A stretch of DNA of 64,000 bases from Planctomycetota bacterium (lineage in GTDB: Bacteria; Planctomycetota; UBA8108; SXIK01): positions 5,120,001 to 5,184,000 of the forward strand of contig OZ244999.1 in NCBI GenBank assembly GCA_965223265.1, read 5' to 3'. The stretch's first letter is position 1, and every line of letters starts with the position of its first letter. This document shows, one piece after another, positions 11,533 to 21,014 of the stretch. A program made the translations under genes and the position numbers. The notes under the pieces were generated by a model, which worked only from the letters and a program-made list of their open reading frames with translations, was not told the DNA's origin and did no database searches.

Positions 11533-11955
11533 TCACTGCTGCGCTCGCTGCTCGATCTCACGCTGCGTGTGGTCGTCAGGAGCCTCGGCACCATCCGGCA
11601 TCACTTCGAGGATCGCAGCTTTGACGAAGCGGACCTTGACGTCCTTATCTTTGTCGATCTGCACGACAACGTCGTTGCCGTCGACGCGCTTGACCACGCC
11701 CCGCATGCCGCCCGTCGTGATGACTGAGTCACCCTTCTTGACCGCCGCGACCATCGCTTCGCGCGCCTTGCGTTTCTTTGATTCTGGTCGGAGGATCAGG
11801 AACCAAAAAACGACGCACATCAGTGCGATCGGAACGAACATGCCCCCCAGCGGTCCCACCGGCTGCTGCGCTCCGGTCTCCTCTGCGGCTTTGACGGCCG
11901 CTTCACCCGCGGCTCCTGTCTCCTGCGCCCAGAAAATCACCAACCGAGTCAACAT
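11533..11955 (-). CDS. yajC: Preprotein translocase subunit YajC
   Basis: FWFLILRPESKKRK...VKKGDSVITTGGMRGVV; tgt-yajC-secDF synteny. Confidence 0.95.
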   Translation of the reverse strand: MLTRLVIFWAQETGAAGEAAVKAAEETGAQQPVGPLGGMFVPIALMCVVFWFLILRPESKKRKAREAMVAAVKKGDSVITTGGMRGVVKRVDGNDVVVQIDKDKDVKVRFVKAAILEVMPDGAEAPDDHTQREIEQRAQQ

Positions 11956-12325
11956 GTTCTCGTTCTCGCATCAGCTGAATTGGATGGCACTTACGTGACG
12001 CTCCACAACATTCGGTGCCACGATTCCGATTCCTTCCACGAGGGTCACGGTCGCCGACGCGGAGAAAGCGAAGCGGCTATCTTACGAGCTTCGTTGTCGC
12101 ATTGGTAGGGTCTGTCTCGCGGGAAGCGCGCACCGCAGTCGCCAGCAAGACAAACGGCCGGCCGGTCAACGACCTTCCCGCGTCCTGCCACTCGCCCACC
12201 CGGCCTCGTCTCCGTGCGCAGCTTCACTCTGATGAGCTTGCGACTTGTCCGGTGCAGCAAAAGGAAAGTCGGCAAGAAGCACCCTCGGAAGCCATATTCT
12301 TGCCGCGTTGGGGCTCACTTCGCTC

Positions 12326-12496
12326 AACAGGTGAAAAAGTCATTCGGCTGAAAAACCGGCCTCTCCACGCCCAGATCAGCCGCGGCGAGCCTCGCCGTGT
12401 ATGAGAAGAGGGCTCGAAGATTACCTGCGTTTGCCGCGGCCGATCTGGACGCGAAGCGACCAGTTTTCAACTCGAAGCACCTTTTCAACGGGGCTG
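12326..12496 (-). mobile_element. MITE-like repeat, copy 2 (diverged, inverted)
   Basis: TGAAAAAGTCATTCGGC...GATCTGGACGCGAAG...CTTTTCAACGGGGCTG is the reverse complement of the family; abuts the tgt stop. Confidence 0.75.
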
Positions 12497-13651
12497 TCAA
12501 CTCTCGCCGCGCGAGCGCTCCTGTCGCCACAGGCGGCAGAAGTCGCCGAAGGTTCCGCCGCGGATCGCCGCGCGCATACGCTCGATGAGATCGTGGTAGT
12601 AGGTCAGGTTGTGGAGCGTCCCGAGGATCGGCGCCAACATCTCGCCGCGACCGTAGAGGTGTCGTAAATAAGCCCGTGTCACATGCTTACAGGTATAGCA
12701 GCGGCATCCAGGGAGAACAGGTGAGAAGTCGTCGGCAAATCGTTGATTGCGCAGATTGAGACTGCCGGTCGCACCAAAGAGGCTGGCGTTGCGGGCGTGT
12801 CGGGTCGGCATCACACAGTCGAACAGGTCGACGCCAAGGGCCACCATGTCGACGAGGTCGTCCGGCGTGCCGACTCCCATGAGGTAACGCGGACGTTCTC
12901 GCGGCAGCTGTGGTGCAGTCACGGCGACCACGCGACGCATCGCTTCTGGCGTCTCCCCGACGGAGACCCCGCCGATCGCGTAGCCGGCGAAGTCGAGACT
13001 CTTGAGCTCAGCGCTGGACTGCAGCCTCAGATCGTCGAAGCGCCCCCCCTGGACGATCCCGAAAAGCGCTTGCTCGGCTGGCCGCCGGTGCGCCGCCAAG
13101 CTGCGCTGCGCCCAGCGGCTGGTGCGCTCGACGGCGCGCTCGACCTCCCGCCGCGGCGCGTCGTAGGGCGGGCATTCGTCGAACGCCATAATGATGTCCG
13201 CACCGAGATCATTCTGGATCTCCACCGAACGCTCAGGAGTCAACCGCAGCAGCTCACCGTCGACGTGGGACCGAAACGTGACGCCGTCATCGTCAATTCG
13301 GTTGAGCGTCGACAGGCTATAGACCTGATATCCACCGCTGTCGGTGAGGATGGGGCGGTCCCAGCCCATAAAAGCGTGGAGGCCACCGGCGCGCCGAACC
13401 AAGTCGCTGCCGGGACGAAGTGCGAGGTGGTAGGTGTTCGCCAGAAGGATTTCGGTGCCGCACTCGCGCAGGTCGCGCGGCGTCATCCCTTTGACGCTCG
13501 CCTGGGTGCCGACCGGCATGAAAACTGGCGTTTCGACAGGCCCATGCGGCAATTCCAACCTGCCGCAGCGCGCACCGCAGGTGGAATCTTCCGCCTCGAG
13601 GCGGAACTCAAACCCACTCACGACTCTGCCCGAATCGTACGCCGCAGCCAC
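12497..13651 (-). CDS. tgt: tRNA-guanine transglycosylase
   Basis: ETPVFMPVGT, ILTDSGGYQ, FGIVQGG, RYLMGVG, DLFDCVMPTR and the Zn site CxCxxC...H. Confidence 0.97.
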   Translation of the reverse strand: MAAAYDSGRVVSGFEFRLEAEDSTCGARCGRLELPHGPVETPVFMPVGTQASVKGMTPRDLRECGTEILLANTYHLALRPGSDLVRRAGGLHAFMGWDRPILTDSGGYQVYSLSTLNRIDDDGVTFRSHVDGELLRLTPERSVEIQNDLGADIIMAFDECPPYDAPRREVERAVERTSRWAQRSLAAHRRPAEQALFGIVQGGRFDDLRLQSSAELKSLDFAGYAIGGVSVGETPEAMRRVVAVTAPQLPRERPRYLMGVGTPDDLVDMVALGVDLFDCVMPTRHARNASLFGATGSLNLRNQRFADDFSPVLPGCRCYTCKHVTRAYLRHLYGRGEMLAPILGTLHNLTYYHDLIERMRAAIRGGTFGDFCRLWRQERSRGES

Positions 13652-13673
13652 ACGGCCTTCTTCCGTGGCACGT

Positions 13674-14741
13674 TCAACCTAAGTGAAACTCCGCCTGGCG
13701 CATGCCGCCCCTCCGCGCGGCGACAAACTGCGGGTAGGACGCGACCCCCGCCTCACTGACGCGGCGACCACGAGGCGTGCGGACCAGCATGCCTTTTTGG
13801 ATGAGGTAGGGTTCGTAGACGTCCTCGATCGTCCGCTCCTCCTCACCGACCGAGACAGCGAGCGTCTTGAGTCCCACCGGCACGTCGTGGAGGCAAAGCA
13901 CTTCGAGGATGCGACGATCGATCCGGTCGAGCCCGTTGGCGTCAACGCCGAGTCGCTCGAGCCCGGCGGTGACGTCGTCGACGGTGATCTCCAGCGCCCC
14001 GTTACCGTCCCACTGCGAGCGGTGCTGCGCGACATCACGGATGCGACGCAAAAACCTGTTCGCGTAGCGTGGTGTGCCGCGACAGCGCTCCGACAACACC
14101 GCAGCGGCTTGGCGTTCGATCGTACAATTGAGTAGCCGTGCGGAGCGCAGAATGATTTCGACAAGCTCGGTCGGTGGGTAAAGCTCCAGCTTCTCACAAA
14201 TCCCGAAACGGCTACGAAACGGCTCGCTCAGCATTCCCTCGCGAGTCGTCGCTCCAATGAGCGTGAACGGCTCCACCGGAATGCGATACGACCGCGCATC
14301 GGGACCACGGTCAAGCACGATATCGACGCTGAAGTCCTCCATCGCCGAGTAGAGGTACTCTTCGGTCTCTCGAGACATTCGATGGATTTCATCGATGAAC
14401 AGAACGTCACCGCGGTGTAGACCTGTCAGCAACCCAAGAATGTCCTTCCCTTTCTCGAGCACCGGCCCCGAGGTTGAATGGAGCTCGGTGCCGACCGCCT
14501 CGCGAACGAGGCCGGCGAGTGTCGTTTTGCCGAGCCCCGGCATGCCGGAGAGCAGCACGTGGTCGAGCACTTCGCGGCGCGCCATGGAAGCGCTAATCGC
14601 GATTCCGAGATTCTCGACGACGCGACGCTGGCCGATGAACTCCTGGAATCGCTGAGGTCGCAGACTCTTCTCGGCGCGCACCTCCTCGTCCGTCGCGGGA
14701 GCGGGCTCGAAAGAATGCTCCCCGTCCGTTCTCTCTGTCAT
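13674..14741 (-). CDS. ruvB: Holliday junction branch migration helicase RuvB
   Basis: LRPQRFQEFIGQ, GMPGLGKTT, LFIDEIHR, IGATTR, RGTPR, EDVYEPYLIQ, RTPRGR. Confidence 0.97.
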   Translation of the reverse strand: MTERTDGEHSFEPAPATDEEVRAEKSLRPQRFQEFIGQRRVVENLGIAISASMARREVLDHVLLSGMPGLGKTTLAGLVREAVGTELHSTSGPVLEKGKDILGLLTGLHRGDVLFIDEIHRMSRETEEYLYSAMEDFSVDIVLDRGPDARSYRIPVEPFTLIGATTREGMLSEPFRSRFGICEKLELYPPTELVEIILRSARLLNCTIERQAAAVLSERCRGTPRYANRFLRRIRDVAQHRSQWDGNGALEITVDDVTAGLERLGVDANGLDRIDRRILEVLCLHDVPVGLKTLAVSVGEEERTIEDVYEPYLIQKGMLVRTPRGRRVSEAGVASYPQFVAARRGGMRQAEFHLG

Positions 14742-14894
14742 CCGCTCTCCTCCGTGCAGGCTTGGGACGGCGCAAACAGCGCGCACAGCCTGTCTCCTGG
14801 TTCTCTGACTTCTACTTCTTTTGTGTTGGGGCGAAGTCGAACCGACGGTCTCGACACGACCCGCTCTGATTCGAAAAGTTGCTGCTGCACGAAC

Positions 14895-15083
14895 TCAGGA
14901 AGGCGTGCGTCGCAGAAGAACGTTGCCGATCAAGAAACTCGCCGCACCAACGCCGAGAATCATCAGCTCGCCGAACATGAGCGTGGACTCATCGGCGCGG
15001 CCCTCGTTGGCGAAGTAATAGATGAGAGCCATCGGCACCACGATGAGGCCGAAAAGTTGCAGCGCGCGACCAAGCATTTCCAT
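14895..15083 (-). CDS. Small two-TM membrane protein (62 aa)
   Basis: MEMLGRALQLFGLIVVPMALIYYF...MFGELMILGVGAASFLIGNVLLRR; C-terminal part of ORF 14895..15296. Confidence 0.6.
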   Translation of the reverse strand: MEMLGRALQLFGLIVVPMALIYYFANEGRADESTLMFGELMILGVGAASFLIGNVLLRRTPS

Positions 15084-15292
15084 GCGCTTACGATACTGCG
15101 TGCGACGGTGGATGAGAAGCGCTTTCGAGTTGAGACCGCGCGGAACCGCCAGTCGACCAAAGGCGTGCAACTCGCCGGCAATCGCCGCCGTCACCAGCGC
15201 CGACGACAACATCAGAAAACATTTGAAACGCCAGACCGAACGACGACAGCAGACCCGAAGGGCCTCGTGCGCACGCGTCAGCGCGCGCGTTC

Positions 15293-15778
15293 TCACTCGA
15301 GCATTTTTCTCAATTCAACGAAACTCTCGACATCCTGGCCGAAGAGCAGCGCCGTCGCACCCCATTCCCGAACGGGGAAAACGTTCTCAGGCCAATCGTC
15401 AAGGAAGAAGACCTCGTCGGGCTGTAGAGTGACCTTGTCGCGCTTGGCGATCTCTTTGATGATGCGGCGGATGGAGTCTTCCTTCGCACGCCAGCAGAGC
15501 TGCGGAAAATCGAGGTATTTGGCCAGATCGAGCGCCTCGAGAAGCTCCATCGTCGGTTTCGCGTCATTGCGACTGGCAAGCGAGATATAGCACTTCTCGC
15601 TCTTCAAGAACTCGAAGAGGTTGCGGACACCGGGATTGACCTCGATCCAGAACCCCTCCTCACTCTCGATGCGGTCTGGGTGAGGAAGCGTGAAGGGCGG
15701 ACGGACCAGGGTGCAGAGCCCCTCGGAAACCGACCAAATCGTCTCGTCGAGATCGAAAACGAACAGCTTGTACTTCAT
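15293..15778 (-). CDS. Magnesium-dependent phosphatase-1 (HAD subfamily IIIC)
   Basis: MKYKLFVFDLDETIW (motif I), SLASRND, K, FFLDDWPEN. Confidence 0.85.
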   Translation of the reverse strand: MKYKLFVFDLDETIWSVSEGLCTLVRPPFTLPHPDRIESEEGFWIEVNPGVRNLFEFLKSEKCYISLASRNDAKPTMELLEALDLAKYLDFPQLCWRAKEDSIRRIIKEIAKRDKVTLQPDEVFFLDDWPENVFPVREWGATALLFGQDVESFVELRKMLE

Positions 15779-16088
15779 AGTTGCGTCGACGAGGAAGGGT
15801 GAAGGACCGATCCAGGCGCCCGAGCGAAACACATGAGAAACCGGCGGCGTCGCTCAGACGGAATGCGAGCTGCGGATTGTACAGCGTTTTCGCGCGGATA
15901 CAACCGTGGCTGTGGGTCAGGATGCGTCCTGGTGGACCCGACTCGAGGTCGGAAAGCCCCTGCGCGCGCGGCGTTGTGGTCTTGGTGCCGCAGACGGTGA
16001 CCGGTGCCGGCTCGAGGGGGGAAAACCGGCCGTGTGGCCGTCAGCTTCGCTGGAAGAGGTGCCCTGGCACAGGGCACGTGGTCCCGGA

Positions 16089-16682
16089 CTATGGCGTCTC
16101 CTGTTGGGGGGAAACCGTGGCCGAGTTGTGGGCGTGGTCGGCAATCCTTGAGGTGGCGCCGTCGGCGGCGTCTCGCAGGTAGAGCCGAATGTTGCCAGAC
16201 GCATGTCGAACGAATCGAGCTTCGACTGCGGAGAGCGCCTCAAGCTCGTCGGCGAGGTCACGAAACTCCTCACGCAAGTCGAGAAGCTCGTCGCGGGCCT
16301 CAGGCGAGCAGTAGCCGACGAGCTCGGCGATCCGCGTCGGGTGTCCGATGCGGGCAGTGATGTGCTCCCCCAAGGCAAGGAGCAGCATGCGGCGTTCGCG
16401 CTCGAACGTGACGCAATCGCCGAGGACCTCCTTCTCCTGGCGTAGCAGCCGGGAAGTCTCGAATTCAGCAGATTCCGTCTCCACGAGTTTCTTGGCGTGG
16501 AGCAGCTGCAGAAGCTTGTGATTGTGGCGCAGCTCCTGATGCAGGACACCGATCAGATCGGCCACCAGGTCGGCGAAAGCGGCGTCGTTTTCGGAACGAG
16601 TAGCGAACAGGTTGCTCGTGTTCATGACCGTCACGTTGTCTTGACCAGCCGAAAAGGTTTCAGTTGATGGTGTTTTCGGCAT
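16089..16682 (-). CDS. FlgN-like flagellar export chaperone / coiled-coil protein
   Basis: All-helical LIGVLHQELRHNHKLLQLL...ERERRMLL...IAEL...LREEFRDLADEL pattern; the longer ORF call overlaps the tRNA, so the start was moved to ATG 16682. Confidence 0.55.
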   Translation of the reverse strand: MPKTPSTETFSAGQDNVTVMNTSNLFATRSENDAAFADLVADLIGVLHQELRHNHKLLQLLHAKKLVETESAEFETSRLLRQEKEVLGDCVTFERERRMLLLALGEHITARIGHPTRIAELVGYCSPEARDELLDLREEFRDLADELEALSAVEARFVRHASGNIRLYLRDAADGATSRIADHAHNSATVSPQQETP

Positions 16683-16826
16683 TTGGCCCCCTTTTCCGCA
16701 TCGATTTTTTTGACAGGTGTTGGCCTCGAACTTGGTGCGGTGAGATTCGCCACGAAATGCGGCGGCGAATCTCAACCGAACGGCGCGGCGGCGATGCGCC
16801 CCAGGAAGGCAACGACGAGGCGGCGC

Positions 16827-16856
16827 TTGCGCGGCTGCTGGACCGCACTCTATAAT
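16827..16856 (+). promoter_or_regulatory. Putative sigma70 promoter of tRNA-Arg
   Basis: TTGCGC-N18-TATAAT about 100 bp upstream of the tRNA. Confidence 0.5.
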
Positions 16857-16958
16857 CTCGGCCGCACCCGTGAGCCAATGGGCCTCGGCGCGCGCCCTGG
16901 CGCCATACGCATCACTTGGTTCCCGGAAGCGATACCTCACCGGCGGTGAGGTCATTCT

Positions 16959-17035
16959 GCGCCCGTAGCTCAATTGGATAGAGTAGTGGTCTTCGAAACC
17001 ATTGGTTGCACGTTCGAGTCGTGCCGGGCGCGCCA
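16959..17035 (+). tRNA. tRNA-Arg(TCG)
   Basis: GCGCCCG/CGGGCGC acceptor stem, anticodon arm GTGGT-CT-TCG-AA-ACCAT, GTTCGAG T-loop, encoded CCA. Confidence 0.95.
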
Positions 17036-17054
17036 TTCTATCCGCCGCGAGGCG

Positions 17055-17086
17055 AAGGACTTGCAGCTTCCTGCAAGTCCTTTTTT
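17055..17086 (+). terminator. Rho-independent terminator
   Basis: AAGGACTTGCAG-CTTC-CTGCAAGTCCTT followed by a T run. Confidence 0.9.
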
Positions 17087-17127
17087 CGTATCGCGGGAGC
17101 CGCGGGGCAAGTCCGCAGCGCTTTGCC

Positions 17128-18393
17128 TCAGACGAGCGGCAACTCGTAGCCCGCGCGCACCGGCCGTGAGATCAGTGCGTCGGCCTCGGCGTCGTCGACA
17201 AAGCGTTCGCTGTCAGGATTCCAGCGCAGTCGACGGCCGAGCTCCCGCGTGATGTTCGCGAGGTGACAGACGCTCACGGAGCGGTGGCCGATTTCAACGT
17301 CGGCGACCGGGAGCTCGCGCGTGCGGATACACTCGAGCCAGTCGCCGATGTGGTACTTGGCCTGCCAGCCAGGCCCCTCCCACATCTCGGCGAACTGCTT
17401 GGCGGGAGGCTCGCGCACGAGATCCTCGGGGGTGGCGCGGAAGCGGTTGCGGTCGATCTCGATCTGCCCTTTCTCGCCGATGAAGACAGCGCCCCCCTTC
17501 GGCCCCTTTTCAAGCTCGAGCTTGTAAAGAAGCCCGTCAGCATATCGGAACGTCACGGGCGCGTTGGGCCCGGGGGCCTCGGTCCACATCTCGACCGGTC
17601 CGGTAGCGTCGGCATCCAGCGCCCACTGCACTTGGTCGACACCATGCGCGCCCCAGTTCGTCATATCCCCGCCGGAATAGTCGCGACACCCCATCCAGCC
17701 CTTCTGCAGCCGTTCGTTGTAAGGCTTCAGCTCGGTCTGGGCGCACCAAAGATCCCAGTCGAGCTGGCGCGGAGTGGGCTGGCCCGGGAGGTTCGGGCAG
17801 GTTCTGGGGCTCGTGTACTTGTGCCCTTTGACCTCCTTAAGCTTGCCGAGGCCGCCGGAGCGGACGAAGTCGCAGGCGAAGCGGTTCATCTCCATGGAGC
17901 GCTGCTGCGTTCCGGTCTGGAAGACGCGGCCGTACTTTCGCACCGCACGCACGAGCACACGACCTTCGGAGATGGTGAGCGTCAGCGGCTTTTCGGCGTA
18001 GATATCTTTCCCGGCCTGGCAGGCGTGCACGCACGGGAGAACACGGCCATGGTCGGTGGTCGGGACGATGACGGCGTCGATGTCCTTACGCTCGAGAAGC
18101 CGGCGGTAATCTTGGTAGGTGTCCCACGTGCGCTTGAACTCATCGCGGGCGCGGGCGCAGCGGCTCAGATCGACGTCGCAGATGGCGACGATTTCGCCTT
18201 CTTTGGGTGTCTGCTTCATGAGCAGGCGGGCGCGGTGGCCCGAGCCGATGAAGCCGATGCGAATGCGCTCGTTCGCCGACGGGACTCCACCGAGCGCAAC
18301 GTGCGGAGCGGCGACAAAGGCTGCACCAGCGGCCGAGGCGGCGGCGCTCTGGCGGAGGAATTGACGACGGGAGATGTTCTTGCGCTGTGGCAT
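17128..18393 (-). CDS. Gfo/Idh/MocA oxidoreductase with Tat signal
   Basis: SRRQFLRQS twin-arginine motif, RIGFIGSG, DIYAEKPL, FQTGTQQRS, NWGAHGVD. Confidence 0.92.
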   Translation of the reverse strand: MPQRKNISRRQFLRQSAAASAAGAAFVAAPHVALGGVPSANERIRIGFIGSGHRARLLMKQTPKEGEIVAICDVDLSRCARARDEFKRTWDTYQDYRRLLERKDIDAVIVPTTDHGRVLPCVHACQAGKDIYAEKPLTLTISEGRVLVRAVRKYGRVFQTGTQQRSMEMNRFACDFVRSGGLGKLKEVKGHKYTSPRTCPNLPGQPTPRQLDWDLWCAQTELKPYNERLQKGWMGCRDYSGGDMTNWGAHGVDQVQWALDADATGPVEMWTEAPGPNAPVTFRYADGLLYKLELEKGPKGGAVFIGEKGQIEIDRNRFRATPEDLVREPPAKQFAEMWEGPGWQAKYHIGDWLECIRTRELPVADVEIGHRSVSVCHLANITRELGRRLRWNPDSERFVDDAEADALISRPVRAGYELPLV

Positions 18394-18776
18394 GTGCGGG
18401 CTCCGTGGTTTCGAGCGAACTATGACGCGGTGAAACGCAGTCGAGGCGAACGAAGCGGACGACTCGGCAAGAAGGGATTTGCCGCCGACGCGGGACGAAG
18501 CAGCTGCGGCAACGAGGAGTGAGCCACGCGTCGATCGTCGCCGGGAACACATTGTCCTCGCGGAAGCGCTCGAATTCCAGTGCACGGCGGCGCGCGACTG
18601 AGCTCTGACGCACTCCGCAGCGTTGATCCAGGCCCACCCAGGTTTTCTTTTGACAGCCACGGGGTGGATCCCGAAAATCGGCGCTCGCTCAACGATCGCT
18701 GCCCTGGACGCCCGGCGGCAACGATCGACAGAACGCCGCGACGTCACCGTGAGTCACCGCGATCGAAACACAATGC

Positions 18777-18852
18777 GCGCCCTTAGCTCAGTCGGCAGAG
18801 CAGCTGACTCTTAATCAGCGGGTCCGGGGTTCGAATCCCTGAGGGCGCACCA
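18777..18852 (+). tRNA. tRNA-Lys(CTT)
   Basis: GCGCCCT/AGGGCGC stem, GCTGA-CT-CTT-AA-TCAGC anticodon arm, GTTCGAAT, encoded CCA. Confidence 0.96.
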
Positions 18853-18856
18853 AGTT

Positions 18857-18896
18857 GAAGCTCCGCCGCAGCCGAGAGTTGCGGTGGGGCTTTTTT
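18857..18896 (+). terminator. Rho-independent terminator
   Basis: AAGCTCCGCCGCAGC-loop-GTTGCGGTGGGGCTTTTTT hairpin with G-U pairs. Confidence 0.8.
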
Positions 18897-19244
18897 GTTC
18901 GAAGATCTGGTGACCTGTGGTCAGTCGGGCGCGTATCGGGCACTACGATCCCAGCACAACAGGAAACGGACGCTGCTTGGTATGGTCGCGAGGGGGATGA
19001 GAAGAGTGATCTTGCCCCGGACTGCACGCCCACCTTCCGCGGGATTCCGGATCGCTTGCCCCCACCCCCCGTCCCTGATAGCGGCGAAGTTGCGGCGACA
19101 GCAAGTCGCCACGATGAACCACGGCGGGAGCGGCACAGTGAATACCGCCCCTCGTCGGGTTTATCTAACAGGTGCCGTATGGGCAGAACGGCTCGGAACA
19201 CCCTCCGGAGGACACGTGACATGACTCCCCATGCATGAACAAAT

Positions 19245-20253
19245 TCATTCACATGGTGAGAAACTCTCGCACTCAAACCGATCCACAACGACATCAGGAC
19301 CGCAATCTGGGAACGGAGTCGATATTATCGTGCCGTCGACAAAGAGGGCGTTAAGGAGAAACACCACATCCGCCAACTCAACACCATCGTCATCGTTTAT
19401 GTCTCTCGCCTCATCACAACTGGCAGACTCTCCACCGCGAAAAAGGGCATTGAGCAAAAAGATGGCATCACTCAGATTTACAGCGCCATCGGTGTTCGAG
19501 TCGCCTCTCACAAATGGCTGCCCCGGCCCCTCCCTAACGATCACCTCCATTGCAAACCCGTCGTCCAACGCTCCCGCTCTACCGGCGATCACATAAGACC
19601 CCTCACTGCTGTCGACTATGTCGAATCCCGCTCGTCCCACAACGGTGGCCTTTCCTCGGAATACGCCCTGTGGATTCGTCAGTATCAAACACGTATTCAT
19701 TGAGGTATCGTTCGATTGTCCCATCACTAAGAAACCCGACGTCAACTCTTGGACCGAGTATCCGATTTCACGTCCGCTTCCCGCCAACCTCTTCTCCCAC
19801 ATCAACCCCCCGACCTTGTCCAACCGCACAAGATAAACAGAGGAAATTCCTCTTCGATTACTATAACCAACCACAACAAAACCTCCGTCCCGAGCAGATT
19901 GAATATCTAACCCACCGTTGGACCCCATCCCGCCGAAAGTCCTCTGCCAAGAAACGTTTCCTTCGGAATCAGACTCAAAAACATAGACATCCGTCTGCTC
20001 CGCCCCAAACGAGGCACTCTTGCCAACCACAACGTGGCTTTGGCCGTCTTCCGTGACCGCCACATCATAACCGTAGTCATTCCTTTCACCTCCGACCTTT
20101 CTCTGCCACAAAGGCTCTCCTGCCGCGTTAGTTCTAATAAGCAAGACGTCGAAACCATTAATTGTTTCAACCCTCGTACTACCCGCTAAAACAAACCCGC
20201 CATCTGGCCGCTCCTCCACTACATAAGCCACGTTCTCCGCTTGCTCACCAAAC
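19245..20253 (-). pseudogene. C-terminal part of a transposon-interrupted secreted beta-propeller + dockerin-like protein
   Basis: Repeats of G..LW.+..GG...D.GY.V....DGGFV; C-terminal FVRGDSNTDGAVNLSDAIFLLNALF; joins in frame to 24319-24770. Confidence 0.85.
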
Positions 20254-20387
20254 TGCTAAGTCCCACAGTATCTGGCGCGGAAATCCCAGATTAAATGGCA
20301 TGGTGCTGATTCGCGGGTGCGAGATGCGATTTGCGAGGCGAGAAGGCGCGGGTCGTCGTGTCCCGGACGGCACGACGACCCGGGGAA

Positions 20388-20705
20388 TCACGAAGGGCGA
20401 GGCGTGGCGCGAGCGTCACCGCGACGATCGCGGAGCTCGGCGAGGAACTCGACGGCGTCGACGAAATTCAGCCGCTTGACGATCATGACCAGGTCGATCG
20501 GGTTGAAGTTCGTCTCGCAGCGAAAGCAACGCGCGAGGTTGGTGGACGCCTTCGTCGCGGTGTTGAATTCGCGACACCGCGGACAGAGGAAGCGCACGTA
20601 GCCCTCGGAGATTTTCGCGGGGACGCCGAGCAGATCGAGGAGCCACGCGATCGGTATATCGTTTCTCAACGACCGCAGGAGCTTGCCGGAGAATCGTCCT
20701 GTCAT
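20388..20705 (-). CDS. Stand-alone CHC2-type (primase-like) zinc-finger protein
   Basis: FLCPRC...NLARCFRCETNFNPIDLVMIVKRLNFVDAVEFL resembles the DnaG Zn-binding domain; ATGA overlap with the upstream gene. Confidence 0.8.
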   Translation of the reverse strand: MTGRFSGKLLRSLRNDIPIAWLLDLLGVPAKISEGYVRFLCPRCREFNTATKASTNLARCFRCETNFNPIDLVMIVKRLNFVDAVEFLAELRDRRGDARATPRPS

Positions 20706-20995
20706 GCGACGCCACCTCCACCGCTCGGCGCCTTCAAATATCGGATTCGTTGCAGGCTCTCGAGATACTCTTCGAGGACGATCTGGAGCGCTCGCAGCTG
20801 AGCGCCCAAGGCGGCGAGATAGGCGTCTTGCTCGGTGTAGGAGGAGCGTTGCGTGTAGTCGAAGTCGAGATCGGGGTACGCGGCGTTCAGAGCGAACAGG
20901 GCGATCTCGAGGTTCGTCGCGAGGGTCATCAAAACGGCGAGCTCAGGATACTCGGCGAAGTCGTTGACTCGAGGCATCAGGGTCTTGTGGAACAT
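20702..20995 (-). CDS. Transposon-encoded helical hypothetical protein (97 aa)
   Basis: GGAG RBS, coupled to both neighbours, amphipathic helices. Confidence 0.75.
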   Translation of the reverse strand: MFHKTLMPRVNDFAEYPELAVLMTLATNLEIALFALNAAYPDLDFDYTQRSSYTEQDAYLAALGAQLRALQIVLEEYLESLQRIRYLKAPSGGGGVA

Positions 20996-21014
20996 GGCGC
21001 GTCAGTCTCCGTTC

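Noticed and set aside
12743-13759. Long antisense ORFs (also 21833..23401, 17263..18522, 9833..10738, 46909..47943, 48210..49286)
   Set aside because: Shadow frames of well-supported genes in high-GC DNA.
16683-17036. N-terminal extension of ORF 16089..17036
   Set aside because: It overlaps tRNA-Arg and its promoter on the opposite strand.
18777-19244. Prophage or ICE attachment at tRNA-Lys
   Set aside because: No integrase, phage genes or duplicated tRNA 3' end found by eye.
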